64,000 nucleotides of DNA from Octopus sinensis. Lineage: Eukaryota. Location of the stretch: positions 75,082,001 through 75,146,000 of the forward strand of contig NC_042999.1 in NCBI RefSeq assembly GCF_006345805.1, in the 5' to 3' direction. The notes beneath the pieces were generated by a model. The model saw only the letters and a program-made list of their open reading frames with translations. It made no database searches and had not been told where the DNA came from. Below, piece after piece: positions 1 through 13,240 of this stretch. Numbering within the stretch: the first letter of the stretch is position 1; every line of letters begins with the position of its first letter. Position numbers and translations under genes: made by a program.

Positions 1-123
1 CCTTTAGTTTCCAACAAGATCATTAAGATTACCAGACTAAATATGTTTAAACACTTATTTTTATGAAATTTTACTATAATTAATATATTCTCTTTCCTTT
101 CTTTATAACTTTATAATTTCAAG

Positions 124-255
124 TTTGTGAAGATGGTGAAGTGAAATGTCCTTCAATTCGCAATGGAAGCACACATAAAGATGTATGTATCCGCCGTGAA
201 AGTTTATGTGATGGAGAAATTGACTGTGAAGGTGGCACCGATGAAAAGAATTGCG
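124..255 (+). CDS. Mosaic serine protease, first exon seen (LDLa domain); gene 5'-partial
   Basis: tttcaag acceptor, G|gtaag donor, phase 1-1. Encodes CEDGEVKCPSIRNGSTHKDVCIRRESLCDGEIDCEGGTDEKNC with six Cys and the acidic DCxxGxDE motif. Confidence 0.93.
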
Positions 256-1104
256 GTAAGAAGATAGATATCTTGCTTTTTATTACAGTATCAGATGATT
301 TTGTCATTTAGTAAGTTTACCATGTTGACCAAATATGATGTTTTGGGAAAACATTTGTATAAAGGAATCCAAAAGTAGCTTAGGCTACAAGATGTAGAGA
401 ATAACACTTGATGCAGTATGATATGTGAAAAACAAAGTATTCTGATACAAAACATTTCATTTAGAACATTACTGCATTACATGCTGTACACCATATCACA
501 GTTCACCTATCATGGTTCACCTATCACAGTTTATTATTTAAGCTTACGTTGATTCCTCTCTGGTGTTGTGTTGCATTTATAATAAAATAAATATATACAA
601 ATTTTAAAACTTAAAAAAATACAGTACTGTTTCTGCTTCACAGATTTTCACCTAGCATGGGGAATTTTGGAATGTAACACCCACTGTAGTTGAGGGGTTA
701 ATGTATTACTTAGCATTTTTATTTCCAATTTGAGCTATGCCAATGCTCAAAGTCAATTCTACAAAATCTACTAATCCACTTGATTAGTCTCATTTTCAGT
801 TTGAATATAGAAATTTTAAATTGAAAAAACTTAGGTAACATGAAACTTCTTCGATAATTTTATTTTTTATAAAGAGGAAGAAACAATCATGGAAATTAAA
901 CTGCATAGAAATTAAAACTGCTGGATTGTCAACAATTGCATGAGAAATAAAATAAACTTCAATCAGGAACTGAAATATGTGGGATACAAATAATTGCACA
1001 TAAAACAGAATAACTTCAACTATAAATTAAATTGACTGGATTGACATGATAAGTAGATGTTTTAAGGATGATCTGTTTTTTTATTTTTAATCTTCTGCTC
1101 TCAG

Positions 1105-1215
1105 CTCAATTTGAAGACCAACAGTGGCAATGCAGAAATAAGAAATACATCGAAAAAGGTTTACGTTGTGATGGTACAAAAGATTGTGATGATGGCTCAG
1201 ATGAATTCAATTGCT
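1105..1215 (+). CDS. Protease exon 2 (LDLa domain with 4 Cys)
   Basis: ctctcag acceptor, T|gtaag donor, phase 1-1. QFEDQQWQCRNKKYIEKGLRCDGTKDCDDGSDEFNC. Confidence 0.92.
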
Positions 1216-1249
1216 GTAAGTTAAAAACAATTACACTCACGTTTGATAT

Positions 1250-1289
<40 letters not shown>

Positions 1290-1366
1290 AATAGATAGAT
1301 ATATAAAGTATGATTATTTAAAAAGTTTGAGATATCTTACAATCGTTTCATGAATGTATTACCCTT

Positions 1367-1410
<44 letters not shown>

Positions 1411-1505
1411 GGAGTAAACACATAAATGTGAAACAAGGTGAAAAAAAAGAGTACTCAAATACCAGAGGTAGAGTAATATGTTTTATTTAAAGCAGCAGAA
1501 AATTC

Positions 1506-1559
1506 AACAAAATCTGTTACTCTGAGTTTCTCGTTGCCGTTCATCAGACAGTTTTTGTT
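1506..1559 (-). ncRNA. Minimal hammerhead ribozyme, inverted-arm copy
   Basis: Exact reverse complement of 5277-5330. Confidence 0.75.
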
Positions 1560-2566
1560 AGAATAGAACCGATATATCAATTCAATCCAGACTCTTACAA
1601 ACGATACACCTTTAAAAAAATGGACTTGTTTGATTGGACCTTTAGAAATAACGGTCAATCTTCGAGCGATAAACAAAAAATGAGCTCAAAAATGTATATG
1701 TATATATATATATAAAAAAATTATAAAAATTATAAAATTCGAGGAAAAACCTTACATTGAATAAAATACATATTGACGTTAATGAAGGAAATATAATTAA
1801 TACATAGAAATTAAAATGCATTATAAATATTACACTGCAATACATATTCATATTAAAGTGTACATATATATATATCAACATACACAGAAGGATGCGTGCA
1901 AACGCCATACATATACAGACGTATAAATATAAATCTAAAATATACACACAAATGCATGCATACATATATATACGCAATCTATCTCGCACGCAAGATAAAA
2001 TCATCGATGCTAATGTAGCGTTCCTTATGTACGGAGCAAAGCTTAAGACAAGTAAGTGAGGGGGACGTAAAGTTGTATGCACCAGTATCATTTAGAGAAA
2101 AAACGAAAGAAAGGAAGAGAGAGAAAAAGGAACGAAGAAGGGGAAGGAAAAAAGAAAAAGGAGGGGTGGGGAAAAAACGAAATAAGAAAAATTATGTATA
2201 CAAGCTGTGTAACCACGTTATTGACATATATATAGAAACAAGTATACAAACACACAAGTTCAAATGGATACATACACATACAGTCGTGTATGTGTCTGCT
2301 TAAGCACAAACATACGCTCACTTACACATACACAGAGACGCATGCTTACAAATACATATCCTAGGCTATACACATATTTACATCAAAATTCTAATTTTTA
2401 ACAACATTGCTTTTTTAACAAAATGGTGAGTGCAATAATGAAAAATATACGAAAGACATATAAAATATAACACCCTATGTTGGATCATCTATAAATTAAA
2501 AATCAAAGTAATCCTATACAGTACAATAACATGAAATAAACAAAGCCGAAGGTTTTTCCTAAGGTA

Positions 2567-3830
2567 CGAGGGGCGTTCAATAAGTAATGCCCCTGACCCA
2601 CTTCCTATACCAGTAGAGCAACGACACTTGGCACAGTTATTAGTCTTTTCCTACATAGGAACTACCCAGAGTTATGCATTTCTCCAATCGTTTGATACAG
2701 CTCTGGAGACGGTTTTTGTAGAAGACCCCAGCTTGGTCCTCCAACGTGACTTCAGAAATCAAGGCTGCATCATCTGGGAAACGCTCTCCTTTCAAAATCA
2801 ACTTCATGGCTGGGAAGAGGTGAAAATCAGAGGGTGCAAGGGGAGGAGTTCATAGCTGCACGCCTGTGCTTCTGATCTGGCGACACGCGAGTTGTGGACC
2901 GGAGCGTTGTCCTGCAGGAGGAGGATGCCTTTGCTGATCTTGCCCCGCCTCTTGATTTTGATAGCTTCTCTTAATTTCCTCAAAAGTGAAGCATAATAGG
3001 CTCCTGTAATTGTGGTACCCTTTGCCAGGAAATCTGTCATCACTACTCCGTTCTGATCCCAGAAGACTGTGAGCATATCCTTGTCAGCGGAGGGCTGCAC
3101 CTTTGCCTTCTTTGGAGGAGGTGAGTCACGGTGCTTTCACTGCATTGACTGGGCTATGGTCTATGGATCATAGTGATGGACCCAGGTTTTATCCTGTGTG
3201 ATCAGTCTTTTGAAAAATTTTGACTCATCTTCTTGGCACATCTCCAAATTCATCCTCGAGCACTCAACGCGTTCTTGCTTCTGGAAAGGTGTGAGCAACC
3301 TGGAAATCCATCTGGCAGACACCTTTTGCATATGCAAATGGTCATGAATGATAGTTTCCACAGACCCGGTACTAATCTTGACCTTATGGGCTATTTGGCG
3401 AATAGTTATGCGTTGACCTTCCAAAATGGCAGCCTCAACTTGACGGACAGACGTCTCATCAACGGCAGAAGGGGGCGACCAGATCTGGGAGCTGTTTCCA
3501 CAGAGTTCCGACTATGTTTGAATTCACAATGCCAGCGTTTTACAAGGTCATATGATGGGGCATCATCACCATAAGTTACTTTCATTTCATCAAAAGTCTC
3601 CCGTGGTGTGCGTCCTTTCAAATACAAAAACCAGATCACTGCTCGACACTCAACAGGCTCCATTTCACACTTGACTCAGTTCAAACACCTGTAAATCAGA
3701 AACCACAATTAGTTCAGAGCTGTAATTCACCACTTAATCTATAGAGGTATAAATAAGTGCACATGCAAAATTTCAGCTAGATCAAACAACTGCAAGTGGG
3801 TCAGGGGCATTACTTATTGAACGCCCCTCG
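2567..3830 (-). mobile_element. mariner transposon, defective (copy 1)
   Basis: Perfect 37-bp TIRs CGAGGGGCGTTCAATAAGTAATGCCCCTGACCCACTT, TA TSD. Transposase motifs WISRLL, ITQDKTWVHHY, LQDNAPVH. Frameshift, stop, and deletion of the YSPDLAPSD region. Confidence 0.95.
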
Positions 3831-5276
3831 TATATGTAGAAATATAAACAAAATATATGCATGAGACTTTGCTATACGGAATGAAATCTGCATAGCGCGA
3901 AACAAATCCAACGTGACATGGAGCATTCTGGACAGAGCGGCACCATACAGGCATGGAGCACACAGAAATAATTTTAAATGCAATCTTTGCCTATTAGAGA
4001 AACTGTATATTTTATTCAAAGACAATAATTCTTTGAATCATAGAAGTGAGCTGATGAACTTATGTAGACACGCAACCAAATTTAAAATGTCAAATATAAA
4101 TATACCATATGGATAGGGTATATATTTTGTATTTTTGATTTTTGAAATTTTGATTTTGACTTTGGACTAGTATGTAAACGCGACGATGGATTTGTTTCGC
4201 GCTATGCAGATTTCATTCCGTATAGCAAAGTCTCATGCATATATTTTGTTTATTTTGTTTATATTTCTACATATACTTAGGAAAAACCTTCGGCTTTGTT
4301 TATTTCATGTTATTGTACTGTATAGGATTACTTTGATTTTTAATTTATAGATGAGCCAAAATAGGGTGTTATATCTTATATGTCTTTCGTATATATTTCA
4401 TTATTGCACTCACCATTTTTTTTAAAAAAGCAATCTTGTCAAAAATTAGAATTTTGATGTAAATATGTGTATAGCCAGGGATATGTATTTGTAAGCATGC
4501 GTCTCTGTGTATGTGTAAGTGAGCGTATGTTTGTGCTTAAGCACACACATACACGACTGTATGTGTATGTATCCATTTGAACTTGTGTGTTTGTATACTT
4601 GTCTCTATATATATGTCAATAACGTGGTTACACAGCTTGTATACATAATTTTTCTTATTTCATTTTTTCCCCACCCCTCCTTTTTCTTTTTTCCTTCCCC
4701 TTCTTCGTTCCTTTTTCTCTCTCTTCCTTTCTTTCGTTTTTTCTCTAAATGATACTGGTGCATACAACTTTACGTCCCTCTCACTTACTTGTCTTAAGCT
4801 TTGCTCCGTACATAAGGAACGCTACATTAGCATCGATGATTTTATCTTGCGTGCGAGATAGATTGCGTATATATATGTATGCATGCATTTGTGTGTATAT
4901 TTTAGATTTATATTTATACGTCTGTATATGTATGGCGTTTGCATGCATCCTTCTGTGTATGTTGATATATATATGTACACTTTAATATGAGTATGTATTG
5001 CAGTGTAATATTTATAATGCATTTTAATTTCTATGTATTAATTATATTTCCTTCATTAACGTCAATATGTATTTTATTCAATGTAAGGTTTTTCCTCGAA
5101 TTTTATAATTTTTATAATTTTTTTATATATATATACATATATATTTTTGAGCTCATTTTTTGTTTATCGCTCGAAGATTGACCGTTATTTCTAAAGGGCC
5201 AATCAAACAAGTCCATTTTTTTAAGGGCGTAGCGTTTGTAAGAGTCTGGGTTGAATTGATATATCGGTTCTATTCT

Positions 5277-5330
5277 AACAAAAACTGTCTGATGAACGGC
5301 AACGAGAAACTCAGAGTAACAGATTTTGTT
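5277..5330 (+). ncRNA. Minimal type I hammerhead ribozyme (PLE pLTR)
   Basis: Stem I AACAAAAACTGT/ACAGATTTTGTT (1 mismatch), CTGATGA, short stem II CG-GCAA-CG flanked by extra As, GAAA, near-palindromic stem III ACTC-A-GAGT, GUA cleavage triplet ending at 5318. Confidence 0.78.
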
Positions 5331-5354
5331 GAATTTTCTGCTGCTTTAAATAAA

Positions 5355-5444
<90 letters not shown>

Positions 5445-5663
5445 TTTAATACAATATATATACTTTATATATTTGTCTATTAATACAGTATTATTTTGGA
5501 TATATATCTTCTGTGACTTTTGATGTTTTTCCTTCTCCTACTTTATAATATATAATCGCTCTTATTAAATGTCTAAATACCTTTAAAGTTTTAGACATCT
5601 CCCTATCAAGAGCACTTATTTGAAATTCAGTATACTATATTCTCATTGAATATATTTGATTAG

Positions 5664-5704
<41 letters not shown>

Positions 5705-5869
5705 GTTGAAAATATTGCTCGAGGCTAAAAAGTGATAGGCAAGACTAATGTTACAATGTTAAAGTAAAAATGTACATACAAGCAGAGAGAAAACCAAAGA
5801 AAACTTAAGGAAAAAACATCGGTCAGACAAGATCGGCCGGTATAATCAAGATAGTTACACAAAAACTAG

Positions 5870-6062
5870 CCCGGGGTAGGGGAGACAATCATCGCTTGAC
5901 AACCGATGGTGGTGTGTTTACGTCCCCGTAACTTAGCGGTTCGGCAAAAGAGACCGATAGAATAAGTACTAGGCTTACAAAGAATAAGTCCTGGGGTCGA
6001 TTTTCTCGACTAAAGGCGGTGCTCCAGCATGGTCACAGTCAAATGACTGAAACAAGTAAGAG
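5870..6062 (+). mobile_element. SINE-like dispersed repeat, third family
   Basis: CCCCGTAACTTAGCGGTTCGGC...GGCGGTGCTCCAGCATGG recurs at about 6250-6360 (-) and 57600-57800 (+). Confidence 0.65.
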
Positions 6063-6689
6063 TTTTTTTATACACACATACAAACACACATATACAACTA
6101 TATACACATACATCCAAATCTATATATATACCTACACATACATGTACACGCACACACATGTATGTATATATATATATATATAAATACATACGTACGAACA
6201 CACACACACATTCCCCTTCATTTATTCGCTTTTTGTTCCTACTTTAAAAAATTTTTTTATCAGTGGGAACACTTACGCCTTTGGCCGAACCACTAAGTTA
6301 CAGGGACGTAAACACACAGACATCGGCTGTTAAGCGATGGTGGAGGGACAAACATAGACTCACACACAAACACACGCGTATATATATATACATATAGATA
6401 TATATATATATATGAATTTTAGTTTTCCGAAAAAGTCGAATCCAAGGGAGATGATCATACAAGAGTTGTTCCCCACTGATGTCTTGTTCTTTTGTTTAAT
6501 CAAAACGTCGGCATGATTTTATTGATTTTATCTGACTTTCATGTTTTAGTCCAAAATGGACACCGATGTTTCATGTGATACGCTTGATAATTGTTGAGGA
6601 CTTCCTTGACAAGGAATCAGTGGTGGCCTTAATACACAAATAAAGTTTTTTATCCACCGATGTGGTGCTGAGCACTCAATTTTGTTTGA

Positions 6690-6720
<31 letters not shown>

Positions 6721-7690
6721 TTATGTATGTATGTATGTATCATCATCGTCATTGTCGTTTAACGTCCGCATTCCATGCTGGCTTGGGTTGGATGGTTTGA
6801 TTGAGGACTGGTGTGCCAGAAGGCAGCACCATGCTCAATCTGATCTGGCAAAGTTTCTACAACTGGATACCCTTCCTAACGCCAACCACTTCGAGAGTGT
6901 GGTGGGTACTATTTACATGCTACCAGTATGAGGGCCAGTCAGGCGGTTCTGGCAACAACGACGCTGAAAAGGTGTTTTTTATGTGCTACCTGCACAGGAG
7001 CCAGTCCGGCGTTTCTGGCAACATCCACCCGGTAAGGTGACGCTGGTAACGATCATGCATGAATTGTGCTTTTTATGTGCCATCGGCACGGGAGCCAATC
7101 TGTGGCCCTGGCAACAATCACACTCGGGTGTGCTTTTAACATTCCACTGGCATGAGTGCCAATCAGTCGGTTGCTTCAATCACTATCAGTATTTAACCTC
7201 TTAACATATTATCTTGTATATTTTTCTTCAGAGATGTCTAGTAAATATATATTTGAACAAAAATATGCATTCACTTTACTCTGAAGTATCTGTCACTTAT
7301 TTCTAACCTGAAATACTTCACTTGTAATGTTATTCCTGTTTTCTATCATTAATTATCAGTGACTATAATTTCTATCAATAACTTCATAATAAATCATTAC
7401 TGATCCAAAATTTTGTGCATTTATTCTTCCTTATAAACAGATTCAAAATAAATAATTAAAAAATCTGATTTTGTTTTTTTTTGCTTGGAAATTGGAAAAA
7501 AAAATGTTTATGGTAAGCGGTTAATAAATATTTGCCATACTTGCATATTTAAGTATGATTACATATTTAAGTAGTAATAATAGATATAATATCTGCATTA
7601 GTATATTCTGATGGTTTGGTTTTGACTGATGCGTATGTTAAATTTCATAATTTGATCAATTATAAATGTTTTTCTTTTTTTCTTTTTCAG

Positions 7691-7808
7691 TTAAATACAT
7701 AAATGGAACCATTCAAATCTTTTACAATGGCTCATATAAATATATATGTGAAGATAATTTGCGAAATAACATTGAAGCAAATCAATTATGTTCCACTGTC
7801 GGAAAAGG
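7691..7808 (+). CDS. Protease exon 3 (N-terminal half of SRCR-like domain)
   Basis: tttttcag acceptor, GG|gtaag donor, phase 1-2. KYINGTIQIFYNGSYKYICEDNLRNNIEANQLCSTVGKG matches the SRCR pattern GxVEVxxNGxWxxVC...AxxxCxxLG. Confidence 0.85.
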
Positions 7809-9599
7809 GTAAGAACAGATTTTTTCCATTCCAATCACTTGAGAAGTAATAGTATATTATGATTTTTACACGTCTAATTTCCATCAGAGCCACTCTTCTG
7901 AAACAAAATACAACTTTCACATGTACAGAATTTTTAAATTCACATTCAAGTGCACACACATATATGCACATAGCTGTGTATGTATGTGTGTGTGTTTACG
8001 TATGTATATCTGTATGTATGTATATACACTTTATGATGTGCTATAATGCACAAGATGTTACCATGCTCAGTATTCAGACCAATATTCATAATTTAATGTC
8101 TTGCTTAATCTGGTGAATCCCAGATCATCAAAATGGCCTTTCCAACAGAACATGAAGCATATTTTATAGGTCCTCTCTTTATTCACTGGCACCTAGTAGT
8201 GGCTAATTCTGCCATTTTGAGAAATTGGACATAAAGCACCATCTTGCAATTTCCATCAACAAGAAAGCTTACCACTATTAGTGACATATATACTTTTTGT
8301 AAATAAACTTCAAGTCATTGACCACTGGTAACTAGGATATACAACACTAGGCCTAACAGGCCCATGCACAGTGGAAAGCTATATAATTACTGCTGCTCTT
8401 AGAGATTACAACCCATTGTCACACCAGCCAGTCATACAAACTTATATGCACCATCAAATCGTTTAGCTCCCAACATAGTAACTATTGTCGTTAAAATACC
8501 ACACCTTACAGAATGACAACTGAATAATCTCAGCATTTTGTATACTCTACTACATGTTGTAGACAATTCTAAATATCTGATGTTGAAATATCACACTCTG
8601 CACAATGCTGAGAATTTGCACTACTGAGAATCTCTCAACAAAACAGCCTGCGTTGCTATGATAGCAAAATCAACCACATGATGATGTTATCAACTGTGGC
8701 TTAATACTCTACCCTAAAGGCCATTTCAAATTTCTTTTAAATTCTCTTCACTCTTCTTCAAATACCTGATGATATTGATGTGTTCCACATTTCTATATTA
8801 TTAGGTGTAGAACACCTCTATATCACCTGATATTCATCTATATGTACCTGAGTTAACATGTTATTAAGTACAGACAATTCCAACTAGATTTATTAATACA
8901 TGCTTTTGCACTGTGTGTGTGTGTGTGTGTCTGTGTGTGTGTGTGTGTATTACTTTACATACCAATCTATCTACTTATCTATTAGTTTACTTACATATCC
9001 ATTTACCTACTTATGTGTGTATATATATATGTGTGTGTATGTGTGTGTGTGTTCTTTTCTATTCTATTACTCTTGTATTTTCTCTCTTCCTTTCTCTAAT
9101 TCTTTTAATCTTCCCTTCTTATTCCTCTTGTTTTTTTCTCCTATCCTTTTTCTCATTCTTTCCTCTCCTCTTTCCTCTCTCATTTTTTCTTCTCCCCTTC
9201 ACCATTCTCTGCCTGTCACTCTCTCTCCCTCACTCTTCCTCATTTGCTCTCTCATTGTTCCCATATGACCATTGGCCATCTTTCTTTCTTTTCCTAACCT
9301 GTGTTTCTTTCTTTCCTTCTGATTCAGCTGGAGGGATAAGATACATTCTTGTCTGTCTCCTGTCTAAGCTTACTACTCTGCATTCACCACCCCACCTTAT
9401 TTAGGCTTAGCAGCCGTTCCTGTTTGTTTTCACTGTCCTATTTGTGTTACCAATTTTGACCCTCTACAAAATCCCAAATTTTATTTGATTTGCTTTACGG
9501 GAGCAACTGTTTTATGCATATACGTATATATGTAAGTATGTACATATATGTATGTATATATGCATATATATATTATTTATATTTATATATATATATATA

Positions 9600-10860
9600 T
9601 ATATAATAATAAATATTAGGGAATATATCCAAAATTACAGGGAAAAAAAATCAGATTTAGGATTAAATCCAATTTTATAGTAAAATATTATAAAATATTA
9701 TTTGAGACAAAACCACTATTTTGCAAAACAAACAAGGAAAGACTTAATCAATACATAAAATTTAATAAATAGTCAAAAAAACCGCCACTACAATCGTTTC
9801 TTGTCTTGATCGACAATCTTCAGGTGGACTTCCAATCTAAAAAATCAAAATTTTAAAATATAAAAATAATACTTTTAAATAATTAAAGTATAAATGAAAA
9901 AATATAAGTATATAATCCATATATAACCTATATATAATCCATATCGAAAATATAGACTAATTACCACGAATTCCCTAAAAAAAAAAACCATGATAAAACA
10001 AAACTCTTAAAAACATATAACGATAAAATCTCCCTTTGCTAAACTCTATAACAAACCTATAAAGTAAACCCCCTAACCTAAACATTCACACACAAATACA
10101 CACACGTAAACCACAGACTCACGACTTATACACATACCTATACTAACTTATAAACCTCAATATACACCAAAACCCACTCCCTCCCCACACAGACAAATTA
10201 ACACATACATCCCAAAACCTAAATAACAAACCCATATACACATTCACACACAAAACACACACTCACACGCAAAACACTCACACACAAAAGATACATATAC
10301 TCCCTCACATATACGCCTATACATACTCACTAAACTCTACATATACAACAATACTTACACACCCACAAAAAACATTATATACATTTATGAGCTTTAACTC
10401 ACCTTAGCATCTCTAACAAACAACTTGCAGTAACCCAATCCCATTCTCTATGCCTACCTCACTACTACACTATTCCATTCACATTCCAAGCAACGCTAGT
10501 CCACCACCCGGTTATTCACGTGGCAAAACGAACACCACTCAAAAATTATGAATGAAACAATGTAAAAAAATAACCAACACCTAAAATAGACAAAATACCA
10601 CGAATTACCTAAAAAAACCATGATAAACCAAAACTCATAAAAGCATATAACGATAAAATCTCCCTTTGCTAAACCCTATAACAAACTTATATAGCAATCC
10701 CCCTAACCTAAACATTCACACACAAAAAAACCCACACGTAAACCACAGACCCAAGACTTATACACAAACCTATACTAACTTATAAACCTCAATATACACC
10801 AAAAACCACTCCCTCCCCACACAGACAAATTAACACATACATCCCAAATCCTAAATATAT
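9600..10860 (-). mobile_element. Penelope-type pLTR remnant with internal direct repeat
   Basis: About 270-bp direct repeat (about 9945-10224 and 10582-10856), a minus-strand hammerhead, and (TA)n flanks. Confidence 0.6.
9785..9827 (-). ncRNA. Type I hammerhead ribozyme
   Basis: Minus strand: CCAC-CTGAAGA-TTGTC(GATCAA)GACAA-GAAA-CGATT-GTA-GTGG. 5-bp stem II, 4-bp stem I, short stem III, GUA triplet. Confidence 0.7.
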
Positions 10861-10936
10861 ATATATGTGACCTCGTGAGTACCACTGGCGATTTTTTTCC
10901 TCTGTCTTCCCTTCTCGGGATCTTTCCTTCTCCTAT

Positions 10937-10971
10937 GTTTCCGACGAAGAGCTCCACTCGAAACATTAAAC
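10937..10971 (+). ncRNA. Degenerate hammerhead-like motif in a short dispersed repeat (about 10866-11068)
   Basis: GTTT-CCGACGA-A-GAG(CTCCA)CTC-GAAAC-ATTAAAC. The core has a U4->C change and stem III is imperfect. Confidence 0.4.
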
Positions 10972-11064
10972 CCTCCTTCTTCCCTTCTTTCCTGAGCGTC
11001 CAATAATACTTTATTTGAACCACGTCCTTGCGTTGTTGTGTTTTTTGTTTTTTTGTTTGGATTA

Positions 11065-11128
<64 letters not shown>

Positions 11129-11131
<3 letters not shown>

Positions 11132-11633
11132 ATATATATAAAACTCTAGTTGTGTGAGTGTCTGTCCCCTTCGATTTAGATTCCTAACTCCTCCCACATT
11201 TTGCGGTGCAGTTTAACCAAATTCGGGTATCTTATAGTCGTGATTCATATTGAGTCCGTCTGACTATTAGCGCGCGTCAACGATGAGTCTACGATTTTAA
11301 AAATAATTTAACATCATTTTTTATTCCATTTTAATGCATAAAATGCATCGTGTGTCGATGGCGGCGGAGTTGGCGTCCACGCTCACAGCTGCACCTGTTT
11401 GCTTCTCCCCCTTCCCTCCCTCGTGAAGCTGTGGGGAAGGGAGTGTAAAGAAATCAACGTCGTAAAGCGTTGTGAAGGAAACCAGCGTTCTTTTAGAACA
11501 ACGACTTCATGGCTTGAAGACACCAAAACAAAAATGGCTAAGAAAGCCGAATTTATAAGGGAAGTAACTCTCTAAAAATGCTTATATAGTTATTTCCCTT
11601 ACAAACCCGAGCAACGCCGGGCGATACTGCTAG
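11129..11633 (+). mobile_element. Non-autonomous Helitron (505 bp)
   Basis: A|TC 5' end, 3' hairpin CCCGAGCAACGCCGGG, then CTAG|T terminus. Inserted between A and T with no TSD. Confidence 0.85.
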
Positions 11634-11644
11634 TATTTATATAA

Positions 11645-11675
<31 letters not shown>

Positions 11676-11779
11676 CATACATATACATGTCTACATAACA
11701 GCCTACTAACAAATCTGCTTGTGTATGTATAAACTATGGGTATTGGGGTGTCATTACCTATTATGTATATCTCTTATTT

Positions 11780-12240
11780 AGTACTAGGGATGCTTCATTT
11801 ACAAGGACATACTCTTGTATTTGGTTGAGTGTTGGGTCCTTCAAGTGCTTGGATAAAATGCAGATGTCAAATCAAACCAGTGTGCCTCCATGTTGGTCTT
11901 TAGCATGTTGGTAGAGTATGGAGGACTGTTTTTTGTCATCATATTGTGTCAAATATCTATTTAATCTCTCCACAATGCTTCTAAATCTCTCACCAATGTA
12001 TGTCATGTTCTTGTCTCGATGCACCTTATGCTGTAGACTACATTTCTTGTTCTACAGTTAATGCCAGGGTTAATCTTACAGACCATGCAGGTCTCATTGG
12101 TGCATGTGGTATTCTCAAAGGGGTATGTCTTACATAACTGTGATCTGATGGAGCTCCCTAGCTTTTCAATGATCTTAATGTTGAGTTTGATCCCTTTCAG
12201 AGCTTTCCTAAATCTTTGGGCTGTGTCCTCTACAAACATT
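11780..12240 (-). mobile_element. Penelope-like GIY-YIG endonuclease fragment
   Basis: [23 protein letters not shown]... then, in a shifted frame, YIGERFRSIVER. Matches the PLE Cys-rich linker plus GIY-YIG motifs. Confidence 0.72.
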
Positions 12241-12273
12241 ACTCCTTGGTATTTGTCGGTCTTGCATCATCAT

Positions 12274-12311
<38 letters not shown>

Positions 12312-12358
12312 TTATATATATATATATACATACATACATACATATTTATATATATATA

Positions 12359-12394
<36 letters not shown>

Positions 12395-12413
12395 TATATA
12401 CATACACACATAC

Positions 12414-12474
<61 letters not shown>

Positions 12475-13240
12475 GACATATATGTAGCACCCACTACACT
12501 CAAGGAGTGGTTGGCATTAGGAAGCGCATTCAGCTGTAGAAACATTGCCAAATAAGACCGGAGCCTGGTGCAGCCTTCTGGCTTCCCAGATCCCCGGTCG
12601 AACCATCCAACCCATGCTAGCATGGAGAACGGACGTTAAACGATGATGATGATGATGATGATACACACATACATATATATACATACACACACACATGAAG
12701 TGGAAAACACCCATTGCAGGCAAATTAGTAGCACCAGTTCTCTTAATTACTGGATTTGTTGAGTATATAAATAGATTGGCTACTTATTTCTCTGAGATTG
12801 GTCAAATGATGTAAACACTTCTACTGAGGATCCAGTAAGGTTTGAGAATCAATTCAAGCAGGTCATTATTTTTTACAGTCAACAGAGAAGTAGATAACTA
12901 GGGTATACCATACTGGGCCCAAGAAGCCCATACACAGTGGCAAGCTATATAATTATAGCTGCCCATTGAGATTACAGCTTATTATCACACTGGCTGGTCA
13001 CACAATTTCATATGCAATCTGACACCATCAAATCAGTTAACTCCCTACCTGGTAACTATTGTCACTGAAATACCACACCCTACGGAATGATGACTGAATA
13101 TTTGTATGCCATGTTCATATTTTCACTATGTAAGTTTACTAACACATACACATATATATATTTTTTTCCTAACTGTCTTATTTATATTTCTGTTTATATT
13201 TATCTGTCTTTCAATGTGCTCTTTCACATTCTCTTTTCAG

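Larger units (their letters stand above)
1410..5354 (+). mobile_element. Penelope-like element with long inverted pseudo-LTR arms (about 1.16 kb)
   Basis: Arms 1482-3910 (interrupted by a mariner) and 4187-5354 are reverse complements, about 95% identical in the stretch compared. The spacer ORF 3913-4116 (WSILDRAAPY...CNLCLLEKLYIL...NHRSELMNLCRH) resembles the PLE C-terminus after GIY-YIG. Both ends abut (TA)n. Confidence 0.85.

Noticed and set aside
1455-5483. Duplicated ORFs 'MFIARRLTVISKGPIK...', 'MILVHTTLRP...' and 'MSVCLCLS...' on opposite strands
   Set aside because: By-products of the pLTR palindrome. They are low-complexity and show no coding signature.
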